A stretch of 64,000 nucleotides of DNA, taken from NCBI GenBank assembly GCA_043228905.1, contig JBHGNT010000003.1, forward strand, positions 2,542,001-2,606,000, given 5' to 3'. The notes beneath the pieces are model-generated. The model saw nothing but the letters and a program-made list of their open reading frames with translations, searched no databases and had not been told where the DNA came from. Origin of the DNA: Azolla caroliniana (taxonomy: Eukaryota; Plantae; Polypodiophyta). This document shows, piece after piece, positions 49,394 through 62,822 of the stretch. A program made the position numbers and the translations under genes. How positions within the stretch are numbered: the stretch's first letter is position 1; the number at the start of each line of letters is the position of its first letter.

Positions 49394-50995
49394 TTAGTAA
49401 TAGGCTAAGATCGTGTAGAAAGTCTGCAAAAATGTCAAGATGAGGAGTAGGATCGCAGTAGTGACCGATGCCGTCAACCATGGGCGAGAGAAAAACTTTT
49501 CACGAAACTCCACATACATGGGACGCCAAGGGCTATGATAGTGTTCTAGTACATCGCTTGTCATCTTGTCCCATCTTTCGCATGATTTAATCACAATGTT
49601 GGTGTCGTACAACTCGTTCCACAAGTTGACCAACTCAACATCATCCCCGAGGTGGTTCACTATCACCCCTGCCTTTGTCAAGATGGCTACATCCTCTGGT
49701 GTGTCAATGAGGGAGTCCATGATGATAGCATACTTAGTAAACTCACCTCCATCTTTGGAGCTTTGTTCATAGGCAAGAAGGTTCCTCAGCACATGCTCCA
49801 TGCCTTTGTACACGACAATCCGTGGAAGATCAAGGTGAAGTGTCACTGGATGATACTTGATGACCGATATGTTACCTTCACATGCCTTGAATCTGATGCC
49901 GACTTTCGATAGTTGGGATGCTGTTGGCAGGCGATCGCGATGATTAGATGTTAGCGTGCCGGCTCCTTGATTCGTCTGCCAAGTCTCTTGTAATTGCGGC
50001 TCATGTATTTCGTGTGTAACCAAAACATATTGGCAATCAAGTAGATGATTGCAGTTGAATAAATTTGGATTCCGAAAATGCTTGGGCCAATCACTATGGC
50101 CCTTGGGGAATGGACAATTTCTCACAACAGTATCTACTAACACTCTCTGGAGATTTTTCAATTTGACATGGGTAGCTATGTTTGGATGCCTATCAGTTTG
50201 GAAATCTTTCAATCCGGAGATCTCTGGATGCTCTGCAATCTTCTTTAGAAATGACATGGGAATTTGGTTGCCTATCAAGAACAAGTCCCTCCAAACTTGG
50301 TTCCATTCAACTCCATTGTTGAAGGAAGTGGATAAGTAGTGGGGCATGGTAGGTTCATGGTGGCCCATATGTTTGCTGTCGAACAAATGCAAAATATAGT
50401 CGAGTTCCGAATGGTGGGAATTTGAACATGAAGGGCTAAAGAAGAGCAAGAATTCATGAATGAAGATGGTATCGACAGTGAGCAGAAATTTTAGCGACTC
50501 ATTGGTATATTTTTTGCCCGGGGGGCATGAATAATCTTTTTCAAGATAGTAGGGCTCCGGAATGAGGTAATTTATGAGGTCTTCCACCTCTGATTTCCCA
50601 TGTCTTTCCATGAAGTTCTTCACACAGAGTGCCTTACGATCATCAAAGTCAAATTTGGTCCCAAGATCGGCATACAATGGTCCGATGGTCAGGACTTCGG
50701 GGCAATATGGTCTTTGTTTGTTCTTGAAGAATCCATCAGGAGGAATCGAAATCTTCGGAATTTCCTTGGAGGTTTCCTGCCCGGGTAGAAATTTTGTATT
50801 ACGGTTATCGGCAGTATTCTTGATCTTTGTTAGCATTTGCTCTCTCCAGCCATTGTCATCGGCAGTGGACCTATATTGAGGATGCTGCCCAATGGAGTGG
50901 TTTGTATGGTTTGGAGGGATGGGTTTATGTGGATGCACAGCAGCCCAATTGGGTTGGATTGTAATCCTGGTTTCTTTGTTGATATTCTCCCCCAT
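49394..50995 (-). CDS. Divergent DUF247/UPF0481 family protein, 533 aa, Pro/His-rich N-terminal extension
   Basis: Intact ORF: YCPEVLTIGPLY, NQIP, HLLDC, RLPTASQLSKVGI, LRNLLAYEQ, MDSLIDTPEDVAIL, FFSRPW and TM. Confidence 0.95.
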   Translation of the reverse strand: MGENINKETRITIQPNWAAVHPHKPIPPNHTNHSIGQHPQYRSTADDNGWREQMLTKIKNTADNRNTKFLPGQETSKEIPKISIPPDGFFKNKQRPYCPEVLTIGPLYADLGTKFDFDDRKALCVKNFMERHGKSEVEDLINYLIPEPYYLEKDYSCPPGKKYTNESLKFLLTVDTIFIHEFLLFFSPSCSNSHHSELDYILHLFDSKHMGHHEPTMPHYLSTSFNNGVEWNQVWRDLFLIGNQIPMSFLKKIAEHPEISGLKDFQTDRHPNIATHVKLKNLQRVLVDTVVRNCPFPKGHSDWPKHFRNPNLFNCNHLLDCQYVLVTHEIHEPQLQETWQTNQGAGTLTSNHRDRLPTASQLSKVGIRFKACEGNISVIKYHPVTLHLDLPRIVVYKGMEHVLRNLLAYEQSSKDGGEFTKYAIIMDSLIDTPEDVAILTKAGVIVNHLGDDVELVNLWNELYDTNIVIKSCERWDKMTSDVLEHYHSPWRPMYVEFREKFFSRPWLTASVTTAILLLILTFLQTFYTILAYY

Positions 50996-50999
50996 CTCT

Positions 51000-51186
51000 T
51001 AAACTACTACTAATATTTCTTCTTCTTCTTCTACAACTACCACTACTACTACTACTTCTTCTTCTTCTTCTTCACTAATACTTTCTTCCTCTTTTTCTTC
51101 TACTTCTTCTTCTTCTTCACTAATACTTTCTTCTACTTCTTCTTCTTCTTCTTCACTAATACTTTCTTCCTCTTTTTCTTCTTCTA
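51000..51186 (-). repeat. GAA/GTA microsatellite-derived tandem repeat in the 5' leader
   Basis: (GAA)n and (GTA)n runs with a recurring AAAGTATTAGT unit. Confidence 0.9.
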
Positions 51187-51269
51187 AACTGATAAATTTC
51201 TTGTAGATTATCAAACTACCATCCATTCCTCTTTTTATACACCTTTTAAGTGTTTATGTATTGGTGTGA

Positions 51270-51680
51270 ACACATTTTGGTGGTGGCATCCAAGAAAAGT
51301 CAAGGGTAGGGATGTCAAGACATTTTTGGTGGTATCCAAGCAGAGTCAAGGGTGGAAGTTTTGCTACCAAAATTGATGACATCAATATAGAAAGGCTCCT
51401 ACCCTTGACTCTTATTGGATCCCACCAAAACGTGTTACGACATCAATATGTAAAGACTTCCACGCTTGACTCTTCTTGGATCCCACCAAAACGTGTTACG
51501 ACATGAATATAGAAAGACTTCCGCCCTCGAGGCTTTGTGTATCGGACCAGAACATGTTATTTACATCAATATAGAAAAACTTCCACCCTTGAATCTTCAT
51601 GGATATCACCGACAGATGTTGACAACGTCAATAAAGAAAACATTCCACCATCGAGTCTTCATGGATCCATCAAACCCAAC
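51270..51680. repeat. ~60-bp repeat array with an internal orientation switch
   Basis: ttttggtggtatccaagcagagtcaagggtggaagt (forward) faces acttccacgcttgactcttcttggatcccaccaaaa (reverse units). Confidence 0.8.
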
Positions 51681-54562
51681 TAAGAACGTTCTCAATAAGC
51701 TTATGTCATGTGATAGAAGAAAAGGAATATCCAAGTCTAGAGTTATAGATGACCAATGATTGAGATAAATCAGATCTAGTCCATATATATGAGTTTCAAC
51801 TTAAGATACTTTTTTGTATGCTCAAGTTGTTAGTTGTTCACAAATCTTTGATTCAACTTCCATCTTCCCAAATAATACTTTTGTGGCATATAGCTTCTAT
51901 GTTTAAACAATTACTAATAATGTAATTTTAAATAAAATATATCTACCAGGAGACAGAAATATGAGAGAGAGAAAAGAAAGAAAGAAAGAAAAATATATTA
52001 ACGTCTTCTAAGGCCAAAATTGGCCCGTGAGACAATTGGTTTACAACAAAAATGGGGTATTTACCCATTCATCGAAAGAAAAAATAAAAACAAAACAAAA
52101 CAAAATAAAATAGAGCTTAAGCTAAATGGTTCTAGTAAAAGAAACATGTTCTATAAGGAAATGGCTTTATACTAGACCTAGTTTCATTTCTATCCAAGTC
52201 TCTCGAAAAGAAGCGGGAGGTCAAAGGGTTTCGATGTATGGGAATTTGGAGCATATGTATGGAGCCCGGAATGAATGTCATTTTCCTATATTGTATGCCT
52301 ACTATGATATTATCTTTGTCAAATAGGAATGTCGAGTATATTATTGTTATCCAAATAGAGGGTAGAAATTTTCCATATATATATATATATATATATCGAT
52401 TTTGTGTATCTTCAAAGGTAATATTCATCAAATCAAGAACAAAAAATTGAATATATGTAAGTTTCATGCTACTGAATTCCTAATTATTGCATGTACTCAT
52501 ACGTATTCATAATGTGTAGATTGCAATGAATCAGAATTTACTCTTCATGGTTCACATAACCTTTAGCAACAGGGATAGTAAATAACAAACATGTTTATCT
52601 GTCTTTTAAAGGGAAATATAGGAGCAAATTAAAATTATGAAGACCTTATGTAACATCATAAGGTAACTTCATATATATGACAAGAATAATAATTTGTCAG
52701 AATATCAAAAGTTCTGTATATGGTGAATAAAGGCAATACTTTGACATTGTGGGTCAACATTTAACATTTTTCAAGGTTAAATGTGCAATTAAACATCAAA
52801 TTGATGAGAAACAAGAACATGTCAATAAAGAAAGCTTTCCAACCTTGAGTCTTAATGGATCACCAAAACCAATTGAAGATGTGCTTCAGCAAGCTCGACC
52901 ATCATTTGAAAGAAGAAAGGAATATTCAACTCTGGAGTTATAGATAGCCAATGATTAAGGTAAATCAAATGAGAAATCACACGATCTAGTCTATAGATAT
53001 GAGTTTCAAGTTTCAACTTACAATGTTTTTTTGTATACTCAAGTTGTTCACAAATCTTCATGCATTATGCCTAATATTGCTTTGATAGATATCACGTGTA
53101 AGAAATATATTTGAAGATATTAAAATATGACCAACTCAATGTATTAATATCCAAGTGTTCTAAATTCTAAAGAGAGATAAAAGTTGTAACATAAAGATGT
53201 CTATCTACTAAGATCAAGGTGTCCATCGGGGTCTGAAATTGCTCAAACTAAAACAAAGGATTCGAAAAAAAAAAAAGATGAATTGATTCAATTCATACAA
53301 TGTAAAATTTTAAGAGATGTGGTGTTAATGAAAGACTGTGAACAATGTTGGGGAAAAGGCCATCAATATAATTATGTGCATCCACATCATTGTAATAAGC
53401 CATGTAATAATGTTATGTATTGTATCCATATGTATACCTATTTTGCAATTCCATGGTCATATGTGTGTATCCCCAATTTGCCTAGTGATAATTTTGCCTC
53501 ATATGTGTAGGAGCTCTTTTTGACTTTGGAATACTTTTTGCTCTTTTTGGGATCCCCAACATTAGGAAAAGGGATCCTTCGTAGGCTTTCTTGATTCCCA
53601 ACATTAGGAAACATTAATCTTTAAAATATCCAAGTGTATTTGAAAAGTTCTTGATGGGCAATAATTATGTGGGAGAAAATGGCAAAGAGAAAAAAAAAAT
53701 GCTGCTTTGAAAAGTAGGTGGCATTAATAAGAATAGGAGACTTTTTTTTATCCAAAATGAAGCTACTTTCCCATTAGTTAGGAAGGTAAGAATAGGACAC
53801 TTATATTTTTAATGTAGCGCTACATCATCATCTGATTCATAATGCTACTAAATAATAATTTAATTTTTAAAGAATTGAAATTACTGTAATCTTTATCGAT
53901 TACAAATCCACACAAATATGTCACTATGACATTGTAGTGATCTACTAGGACTTTCCTTCGTGTGTGAAATTTACTAGCTTTCTTCGCTCCTACAACGGGG
54001 GGACAACCTCTCTTTCCACTTCTTCAAGAAAAAGGAGTGCTCAACAAGAAGGAATAGGACCCCCTTCTTTTCTTTTCTTTTGTTGACTTCACGCACATAA
54101 CTCTTTCCTAGTAGCTTACCTACCTACTCAAATACTCAGTCAAGATCACAAAAATGAAAGAAGATGAGTTCTCGAGCCCAACAATTCAAGAATTGATCAA
54201 GAAATATGCAAGAGAGCATTTGATCTTTATGGGAAATGAAATGACTATTGGCCCCATTATGGTCAGGGATGAGGTTATATGGCTTTAGCTCTTCCATATT
54301 TGATATCCCCCGTATTTCCATGAATTCCTTCGCATATAATTATTGTTGTTAATGTAATTAGTAGAATTTCTATGATTATGGCATTCTTATGCCCCCCCAC
54401 CCTCTCTCTTTCCCTCATTTTTCTCTCTATTCCTATCTCTTGCAGACTGCAAGGCAAGACTAGGGTTTGTGCTTGACTTGTAGAAGAAAGCATCAAGTTT
54501 GTGCCCACCAAGAAGAAGAAGTTTAAGGGAATTTCAACAAGGAAATCAACCTTAGATGTCAA

Positions 54563-55060
54563 ATGGATCAATCTAAGTATTGTACTAAAGAAGACAAATG
54601 GAGAGAAAACATGATAATAAGGATCAATAATGCTACTGATGCTCATACAAATGTGTCCAATGAAAGTTCAAAGATTTCTATTGTTGATCATCATAAGGCT
54701 ACATGCGCGTTGAAATTCATGGAAGCAGCTCATGAAACGCGACTTCGATGACCCTTCTAATCTCGAAATCCATTATTCAAGCCTTTGGACTTATGGTCAC
54801 TGTTGATACCATTTTCATTTATGAAATGTTGTTGTGTCTATGGATTGAATGTCAATATGAAACTTAAGAATACAAATCCCAACTCAAGGAATACAAACAC
54901 TTCTACACATTCTGCAAAACTGAAATCACAACCAACCAATTTCTTAGGGACTCGTTCTTGATGGGCAACCAAATTCCTATCTCATTTCTAATGAAGCTGG
55001 TTGAAGAGTTTCCAATGAAACCCAACATAGAAAAGGATAAGCTCAACAAAGTATTATTGG
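54563..55060 (+). pseudogene. DUF247 pseudogene fragment
   Basis: MDQSKYCTKEDKWRENMIIRIN..., internal deletions, FLMGNQIPISFLMKL, then truncated. Confidence 0.85.
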
Positions 55061-56289
55061 GTTGGGACTCAGACATTCCTTTCCGTTTGCTCACGAAACC
55101 TTTTTCCGTTAGATGCTTCTCGTAATCTCGAAGCCACTCTTGAGTCTTATCTATGCGTATGATCTCTATGCTCTGTTTCACTCCATCCCAATGTCTTGTC
55201 TTTTACTACATGCCAATCTCTTGTCCTTCACTCCATCCCATCCCAATGTCTTATATTCTTTTGGTTATGTGTAAGTTTCCCTGGTATTGTTTCTTTATCT
55301 CATCTATCTCTCATAATCATTCATCAATCTGATTTTCTCTCTTCTGCAGACCTTTGATCTCTTCTTCTCTTCCTCTTCTCTGTCTGCATTTTGTCTACAT
55401 CCGAATTTTGTTTTTTGTTTTGTTTCATCCATCCCTGCTTTTGCCTTCATCCTCACAGATCCTTATCTGCAGGAGGAGGAGAAGAAAAAAGATGAAGGAA
55501 TTACTCAGGGAGAAAGATTTTAGGGTTTCGAGGCACAAGAACGTCGCAGAATTAGGAGGCCAAACGGGCATGAGATCTCTGTAAGAGTCAGTCTCGTCCG
55601 GCCATTTTGGGACTATAGAAGATCATCTCTGTGGCATGAGTTAAGGGAAGAGGAAGAAACCCTCCTCGAGATCATTATGTACATGATTGATAAACACCAT
55701 GGCTCTGCAGGAGCACCAACCTTTGGGAAGATAGCTGTGCGTGCTGCCATCTTAACTATGAAGAAGAGAATTCATTACATGATTCGCAGTGTAACAATTC
55801 CCAATTTTATAGGGAGCGCTGCAAAATGATTTGCCATTTTCACAGAAAGGGTTATCAAAGGAAATTGTTTTGGAAATCAATATTTTGATAATTAGTTACT
55901 GTTGAACTCAAGGCCTTCAGTAATTAAAACCTGCTGCATATTAGCCCTTGGGCCTCGACCAAATACAGAGGTCGATGGGTCAAACTGACAACAGTTGCTC
56001 AACCAACAAAAATATAGGAGATAAGAATAGAGTGAAAAATAGGGGAAAGAGAGACCATAATGAATGCCATATTTGGTAGGAAGCAAATGATCTATTCCAT
56101 TTTTAGTTAATTCTTGTACCACTTCAGAGAGTGACCGCGGACTCTGATACAGGTAAGCTTCTTGATTTTGAGAGGTGAAGTTGTTTTTCAGTGATAAGGA
56201 GATTTTTAGTCCAACTTGCTTGTGCCTCCCTCTCTGTGGACCATGTGCTGGGCCGGGTAATGACAAGTTGTGATTAACGTCAGTGATCA

Positions 56290-56965
56290 CAAAACACATT
56301 TGTGAAGCACAATACCAATTATAATAATATGGTCACACTTGTACAACATATGTAAAATCTGATCAGAATCAGATAGTCTCGAAGATTCTTTGAAAGTTTC
56401 AGTGCATGAAAAATAGAAAGAGTCGAGTAGATGCTTGCAAATATTGATCAATGTTGTGTTTTTGAACCGAGAAGAGTTCATAAATATCCTCTCCGGAACT
56501 TGGGTAGAGGAGAATGGATTATGGGTTGGGGTATCGATAGAAACAGCAAGAATTCGTGAATCGACAGTGACTAGAAGTTGGAGCCAGTCGAAATCAGATT
56601 GGGGGAGGTTGAGATTATAGATGTGGCTAAGTTCATCCTATTGATGAGAGGTGAGGTCTTGTATGAGGTCTTCCACCCCGGATATCCCATGTCTTTCCAT
56701 GAATTTGTTCACACATAATGCCTTTCAATTATCAATGGGGGGGCCCAAGATTTTGATACAATGGACCAATGGTCAGTATTTTAGGGTAATAAAACTGTGG
56801 CTTCACTTCCACCAATGCTTGGGGAGGCATCAAACTCATCCAACTCTCATTGAAAACAGCTGCATCAACATGCACATTGATCATCTCCTTCATGTAGTGT
56901 CCCCATTCATCTTTGGTGAAGTTGGGTTGTTCATGAAGTCGCACAACTGGGGTGGGTTATTTCAT
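56290..56965 (-). pseudogene. DUF247 pseudogene (type II)
   Basis: HEQPNFTKDEW...PPQALVEVKPQFYYPKILTIGPLY...LQLLVTVD...CKHLLDS with stops and deletions. Confidence 0.85.
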
Positions 56966-57628
56966 TGGAATTGTAAGATTGATCTCCTCCTCTTGTTCTT
57001 CTGTTGGGCACTAAGTTGATACTTTATTGTAGGATTAGGTTAAATAGTACCACTCTTCTTTTTATACATCTCTATGAGTTCCTTCCCCAGATGATTAGAA
57101 AGTCTATATTCTATCTATTTATCTATCTATGATAAGGAGAGAGGAAGAGAGAAATATGAATCAGAATCTGTGATTTCTCGAGTACATGTGTGGACCTAAG
57201 AATCATGTCATTTTTAAGAGGAAGCACATTCTCCATTCAATTCTAACTAATCAATTCTGGTATGCTTCTTGATTTGAGAGGTGAAGTCTTTTTTTTGTGA
57301 TGGAGAGAGGGAGCTTTTGAGCCCATGTTGTTAGTGCATCCCTCTCTGTGGACTGATCTGGACTGATCACAACCATGAGATGTCTGAAATCATAGAATAA
57401 TTGACTAAAAAACAGAAGGGAGTATTTGCTTTCTATGTATAAAATGGCATGATTGTGGTTTCTCTCTCTCCATACATATAATTCTGGCATTCTTATCTCC
57501 CTTTCTCATACACATTTTTCTCTCTTTTCTTATCTCCTGCAAAAAAAGACTAGGGCTGGTACTTGTACAAGAAAGCATCAAGTTTGTGCCCACCGAAGAA
57601 GAAATTCAAAGAAGAAGCTTAAGAGAAT

Positions 57629-59059
57629 ATGAACAAGGAAATCAACCTTACACGTGAAATGGATCAATCTAAATCCTGTACTAAAGAAGACAAATGGAGA
57701 GCAGACATGATAATAAGGATCAATGAGACTAATACTAATGCTGATGCACATGTGTACACCGAGATTTCGAAGCCTCCAAAAGCATTAGTGGATGTCAAGC
57801 CAGAGTCATATCGGCCTCAGATCCTGACGATCGGACCATTACATGAAATGCTTAGTGGGAGCCCTGTTCTTTATGATTGTAAGGCATTGTGTGTGAATAA
57901 ATTCATGAGAGGACATGAGATATCAGATGTGGAAGAGCTCATGCAACGCCTCTTCTATGACCCTTCTGATCTTCACATCCATTATTCAGGCATTCCCAAA
58001 TATAGTTCTGAGTCCCTTCAACTTTTGGTCACAGTGGATACCATCTTCATTCGCGAATTCTTACTGTTTATGCCGACTGAATGGGATTCCATACTCGAGG
58101 AACACACCCAGTTCTGCACACTCTGCAACAATGACATCACATACAAGCAAGTAGGGAGGGACTTGTTTGTAATAGGCAACCAAATTCCCATGTCATTTCT
58201 AGTGAAGCTGATTGAAGTGTTTCCAAAGAAACACGAATTCAAATGGGATGAACTCCAGGAAGGATTGTTTTATGCTGTTGCAACAAATGATCCATTCCTT
58301 ATCAGCCAGAGTTTGTCCCTAACAGAGATTGTCCAGATTTTTGAAACTCCCGAGTTTGTCAATTGCAATCATCTACTTGATTGCCTATATGTTTGGGTAG
58401 TCAGGGAACGATTACAAAAGAATGGGAGTAACGGCATGAATCCTTGTAGATTCCCACGACTACAGAATCTTTTCGGGATGAAACAATCACCTCGAAAGAA
58501 AACTAAGTTTCGTGATCGCCTGCCAACAGCATCTCAGCTCTCTAGAGCCGGCATCCGGTTCAAGGCAGTTGAAGGTGCCATAGCAGTGATGGACTACGAC
58601 GAGAGTAAGCATCGGTTCAATCTTCCACGGCTTGTTGTGTACAATGGCACGGAGGATGTGCTGAGGAACCTCCTTGCCCATGAACAAACCTCCACAATCA
58701 GAGGTGAGTTCACTAAGTATGCGGTCATCATGGACTCGCTCATCGACACGCCAGAGGATGTAGCGATCTTGACAAAGGCGGGGGTGATAGAGAATCACTT
58801 GGGCAGTGATGAGAGGTTGGTCAAGATGTGGAACGACATGTGCATAACTGTCTGGAATCGACCATGTGAGAGATGGGACAACATGATACGCGATATACTG
58901 CACCACTATGAGAACCCTTGGCGTCCGATGTATGTGGAGTTTCGTGAAAAGTATTTTTCTCGGCCATGGCTAACGATTTCGCTCCTTGTGGCATTTCTAC
59001 TGCTCCTATTCTCATTATTGCAAACAGGCTATACAATCGCTGGCTATTACCAATTTTAG
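57629..59059 (+). CDS. DUF247/UPF0481 family protein, 476 aa (paralog-equivalent start at 57659)
   Basis: Intact ORF with all family motifs and a TM helix; TATAAAATGGCATGA promoter at about 57438. Confidence 0.95.
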   Translation: MNKEINLTREMDQSKSCTKEDKWRADMIIRINETNTNADAHVYTEISKPPKALVDVKPESYRPQILTIGPLHEMLSGSPVLYDCKALCVNKFMRGHEISDVEELMQRLFYDPSDLHIHYSGIPKYSSESLQLLVTVDTIFIREFLLFMPTEWDSILEEHTQFCTLCNNDITYKQVGRDLFVIGNQIPMSFLVKLIEVFPKKHEFKWDELQEGLFYAVATNDPFLISQSLSLTEIVQIFETPEFVNCNHLLDCLYVWVVRERLQKNGSNGMNPCRFPRLQNLFGMKQSPRKKTKFRDRLPTASQLSRAGIRFKAVEGAIAVMDYDESKHRFNLPRLVVYNGTEDVLRNLLAHEQTSTIRGEFTKYAVIMDSLIDTPEDVAILTKAGVIENHLGSDERLVKMWNDMCITVWNRPCERWDNMIRDILHHYENPWRPMYVEFREKYFSRPWLTISLLVAFLLLLFSLLQTGYTIAGYYQF

Positions 59060-62000
59060 CCCTAATTTGATGACCGAACCTTCCTCAAACCCTAGGGCAA
59101 AAATTAAAAAGCTTTGTTATTTCTGTTATTTTTCATTCATTTGGGATTTCATTGTATGTTATTTCTGTTATTTTTCCATTTGCAGTGACAAGGAATAGGA
59201 GTCCTATGGACTCATAAAAACATGGTCGAATATGCTATTTGCAAGATTGATCTCCTTATTGCATATATATTGTGACCCCATCTCTTTACCTTCTTCTTCT
59301 GTATGTACTAACTTGATACTTTCTTGTAGATTAAAGTCATTTACATTAAGTACCTCTCCCCATTTCACGCATCCATGACTTCTTGCCCTCACACTGTATG
59401 GTGATATGAATAAGGTCTCCATTATTAGCAGGAATAATTTGAAAAAAAATGGGGATGAAACGGCTCCTCAATGGTTTGCATGGTGTAATTGTTTGAAAGC
59501 AACTAAGTATGAAAATAACGGATTCTTCTTGTACATTTACCAGAAGAAAAGCCATAGCTTTATATGGAAGGCAGAGAAGGAAGAAGAGGATAAATACCAC
59601 CATTCTGTACATCCGTCAATGCCCTTTACGTTCACAAAATTCACACATACTGATACAAGACATGCCAATGACCCCTCATGCTCAAAAAGCGAAAGAGAAA
59701 CCAGAGGAGGAATTTTAAGATACCTAATGCTCAAAAATTTTAAAAAAAGAAACCAAGGGAGCCAAGTTCCAACAACCGATGAAAATTTCTCAAACCAAAC
59801 ACAAATGATTTGAGAAAAATCAGAGGCATTGAATACTAATTAAATGTTTGAAATTAGTACTAGTAAGTAACTATGGAAACCATGTGTGTGAAGCCAAGAA
59901 TCATGCCATTTTCCACTCAATTCAAGCGAGAGAAATCTATGGACTAAATGAGAAAAGGAAACAGAAAGCAAAAAGCAAAAAGCAATGGAACAAAATTGAA
60001 GTTTTTTCATCTCCCATGGCCTCATGAAATCGATAAGAAGGATTTCTTCACACAGGTTTCCACTCCTTTGAAATGGAGCCATTGATTTTACTGTGACAAG
60101 CCTTCCGCGAGCTTTTCCCTGCTCTCTCACGAGGCTGAAAACTATGCTTCCAAATTCTTTTCCTTGCTATTCTGTCAGTTAAATCAAATCAGATCAGATC
60201 ACACATTTTGTTGGAGTCTGAAGGCTATTTCTTTCAAAGTATATATAAAAACCCATTCTTTCATATGTCTTGACTCCACCAATATAATTAAAACCAAACG
60301 CATTGCATAAAGATTGATTACTGATATTTGCTCTGTTTTTACTGAAGGCTACCAGAAATTGTTATTGTTATTGTTAAAGTACACATACATTATGTAAAGT
60401 TGTTAATTGTTATTTTTAACTAACCATTTTCCTGTGACCGTTACTGTCAATGTACAAGAGGTTTCCGTCACTTTCATGATTATTTCCTCTCAAATAATTA
60501 CGCCATGCAAATGATTGAGGATTCAATTCTACGTCTGTTCTTCTCAAACTATTCATGTTAGTTTGATACCTACTTCCTGATCAGAGTTGTGAAATGTTAA
60601 ATCGTAATGTTAAATGCTGTAGTCTAATTAATCACATTGTCGTCAATATGGATGCTTCAGTTGGGCCCAACTTGGCTAATGAGTGTTTGGATAATATTAG
60701 AATTGATCAAACATTCTCAATAATGGTTGTCAAGATCATGGGGGTCTGTCAGGAATGACTCTTGAGGCGAATGTGTGTATGTAACGTTTGATTATAATGT
60801 CTTCATTCCTCGAATTGTTGCGCTTTTTGACTTTGGGTCTTTTTGAATCCCCAAGTTCCAACATTAGGAAAAGGGATACTTGTTGGCTTTCTGAAACATT
60901 TAACCTTTAAAATATATACAAGTAACGGATAGGACTTGTTCCTTCCTGATGGGCAACAGTCATGTCAGAGAGGAAATGACAATGACAAGAAATACTTTCT
61001 TACGCGGCATAGAAAAGTAAGCAATATTAATAAGAATGTGACACTTATATTTTGTAATGTAGCACCACATCTCGATCATCCTCTAATATGAATGCATAGC
61101 TTTAGAATCTAAATGGCCAAAATAAAGGAATCTAAATTAATAGGGTCAGAACAAAGGAATCTCAGTGGAAACCATGACTTTATAGAAAACGGCAACAATT
61201 TTGAGCGTAAATCGCATCAAAGATGCCAATTACTTACGCATATAACATACTTTTGTGAATTCTCAAAATTCCATCAATGGTAACACCACAATGATGACAA
61301 TAACACCATTTCATGATCAAAACATCTCATAGTAGACCCACCAGATCATGACAGATTTGTCGTTGTAACATATTCACTAGTTTAATCAGTATCGCCTGGT
61401 GTGATCCTTGACTACCATGATTGTTGGCTTTATGTACATAACTCTTTCCTAGTACCTACCTACTCAAAAACTCAGTCAAGATCATGAAAAAGAACGAATT
61501 AAGAGTCAAGGATGGAAGCTTTCTATTTTACCATTAACATGTTCTTCTTGTTTCTCATCAAATTGATGTTTAGTGCTCACATTTTGATTGGGACATTGCG
61601 ATGACTATGATGGGATAAAACAAGACATTCTAAAATCCTTGAAAAATGTTAAGTGTGTGAGCCACAATGGGGAAGTAATGCCTTTATCCAACACATAAGG
61701 AACTTTTGATGTTTCAACAAATTATTGTTGTTTAAATATGGTGTAATTATTTGAGAGGAAATAAGCACGAAAATTATTCAACTCTTGTTCATGTGCTAGG
61801 AGAAAAGCCATAGTTTATTCAAAAGAACGAAAAAGATGAGGATAACACCATGGTTCTAACATACATCCCATGGTTAGTGGAACGCTGTGGTCATCCAATT
61901 TGCCATTTAATGCCAAGGTATTTATATGGAAATCCAAGGTATTTTGGCTCAAACTTAGGAAGACAATGGAGGACAATACACATAGGTTCATTAAATGCCC

Positions 62001-62822
62001 AACAAATCATCTCATTTGGAATTTGGAGTGTCCATATATATGAACTTCAAATAGACTATAACATGCCTTTTTGTTAGTTCTAACGAAGCCTCCAATATTT
62101 CAAGTTTCCATCTTCCCAAATTATGATATCTGAGAGGCATAAATATTTTGTTACAAGTTTTGATTCACAGATTACATACTAGCAACATATTCTCAAATCA
62201 TGATTTTGTGGCATACAGTGTTTTTCTATGATATATACTGTAGGTTGCTTAGAGGCCAATAATGCAGAAGTAGGGTACTTTCAAACTTTCTAAACATTTC
62301 ACTTATAAATAAATTAATCACAATTGTTTTTGCCTATATTTCCTAATATGGAATTGGAGTTAGATTAAACTAGCATGGATTGATTGGCGAATTGATATGC
62401 TTTCATGGATATAACGTGTAAGGATTATATTTTAAGATATTAAAATATGGTGGGATTTTAAAATCATAATCTGAGAATTTCTAAGATTATGCCTAATGAT
62501 TTATTATTTCCCCATTAAATCAATGAGAGGGAAATAATTACTTAATTTTAACTCTCATAATCCTTGATCTAAAGAATGGAACCTTTACAGAAGGGGTTGA
62601 CTTTGCTCTCTATAAAATGGCATGATTATGGCATTCTTATCTTCATCTCTTTCTGTCTCTGTCTCTGTCTCTCATTTTTCTCTCAATTCTTATCTTCTGC
62701 AAGAAAAGACTAGGGCTGCTACTTGACTTGACTTCAAGAAGAAAGCATCAAGTTTGTGCCCACCGAAGAAGAAGAAGTTTAATAGAATTTCAACAAAGAA
62801 ATAAATCAGCCTTACATCTAAA

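Noticed and set aside
59346-59612. Small ORF with a signal-peptide-like start next to a DUF247 gene (candidate ligand, by analogy with grass S/Z loci)
   Set aside because: The hydrophobic stretch derives from a CT-rich run, and I saw no counterpart beside the other paralogs.
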